DNA of 64,000 nucleotides, from positions 3,224,001 through 3,288,000 of the forward strand of contig JAGIQG010000030.1 of NCBI GenBank assembly GCA_024679065.1. The letters are read 5' to 3'. The stretch is from Sphyrna mokarran. Lineage: Eukaryota. Shown here piece after piece: positions 63,630 through 64,000 of the stretch; position 1 is the first letter of the stretch; each line of letters begins with the position of its first letter. The notes beneath the pieces are model-generated. The model did no database searches and was not told where the DNA came from. It was given only the letters and a program-made list of their open reading frames with translations. The position numbers and the translations under genes are program-made.

Positions 63630-63885
63630 CTGACTCCATACATTGCAGGAAGAGGCCATTCAGCTTGCACCACCAGCAATCCCCTGTAATCCCACATATT
63701 TATCCTGCTAACCCCCAAAAGATTAAGGAGCAATTTAGCATGGCCAATCCAGCTATTCCGCACATTTTTGGAGTGCGGGAGGGAACCAGAGCATCCAGAG
63801 GAAACCCACGCAGGCACGGGGACAATATGCAAACTCCACATGGAGAGGGTCCCAAGCAGGGAATTGAACCCAGGTCCCTGGAGCT
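63630..63885 (-). mobile_element. V-SINE tail A
   Basis: Family homology within window. Confidence 0.8.
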
Positions 63886-64000
63886 GAAACCATGCTGCAC
63901 CAAACTCCTGGTGTGGAGTTCAGTCCATGTGCTCCCACTCAGGGACTTGCCATTGCTGAACGAAACAGAACTGGACACCCCCAGAAAAGGTGCCAGGTGT

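Overview
Eukaryotic, repeat-rich vertebrate DNA. The SINE/LINE content (HE1-type V-SINEs, HER1/CR1 LINEs, SacSINE1-like Deu-SINEs) indicates a shark or other elasmobranch. One protein-coding gene is recognisable, IGDCC3 (Punc), on the + strand: a signal-peptide exon 1 (22032-22098) and a first-Ig-domain exon 2 (29956-30261). Intron 2 runs past the end of the window. Bases 1-~8250 look like the long 3' UTR of an upstream gene, by synteny probably IGDCC4/Nope (inference). Nearly all other ORFs in the track are repeat or microsatellite artefacts. The most notable non-genic signal is a family of short, non-coding, palindromic Penelope-like elements with variable-length target-site duplications. 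They carry minimal type I hammerhead ribozyme motifs (CTGANGA-A-stem II-GAAA-GCT-T), including a triple tandem copy and one copy with an intact core about 850 bp upstream of the IGDCC3 ATG. A second, more decayed hammerhead-bearing family is also present. Repeat boundaries are read by eye and are approximate, and family names come from recognition, not database searches.
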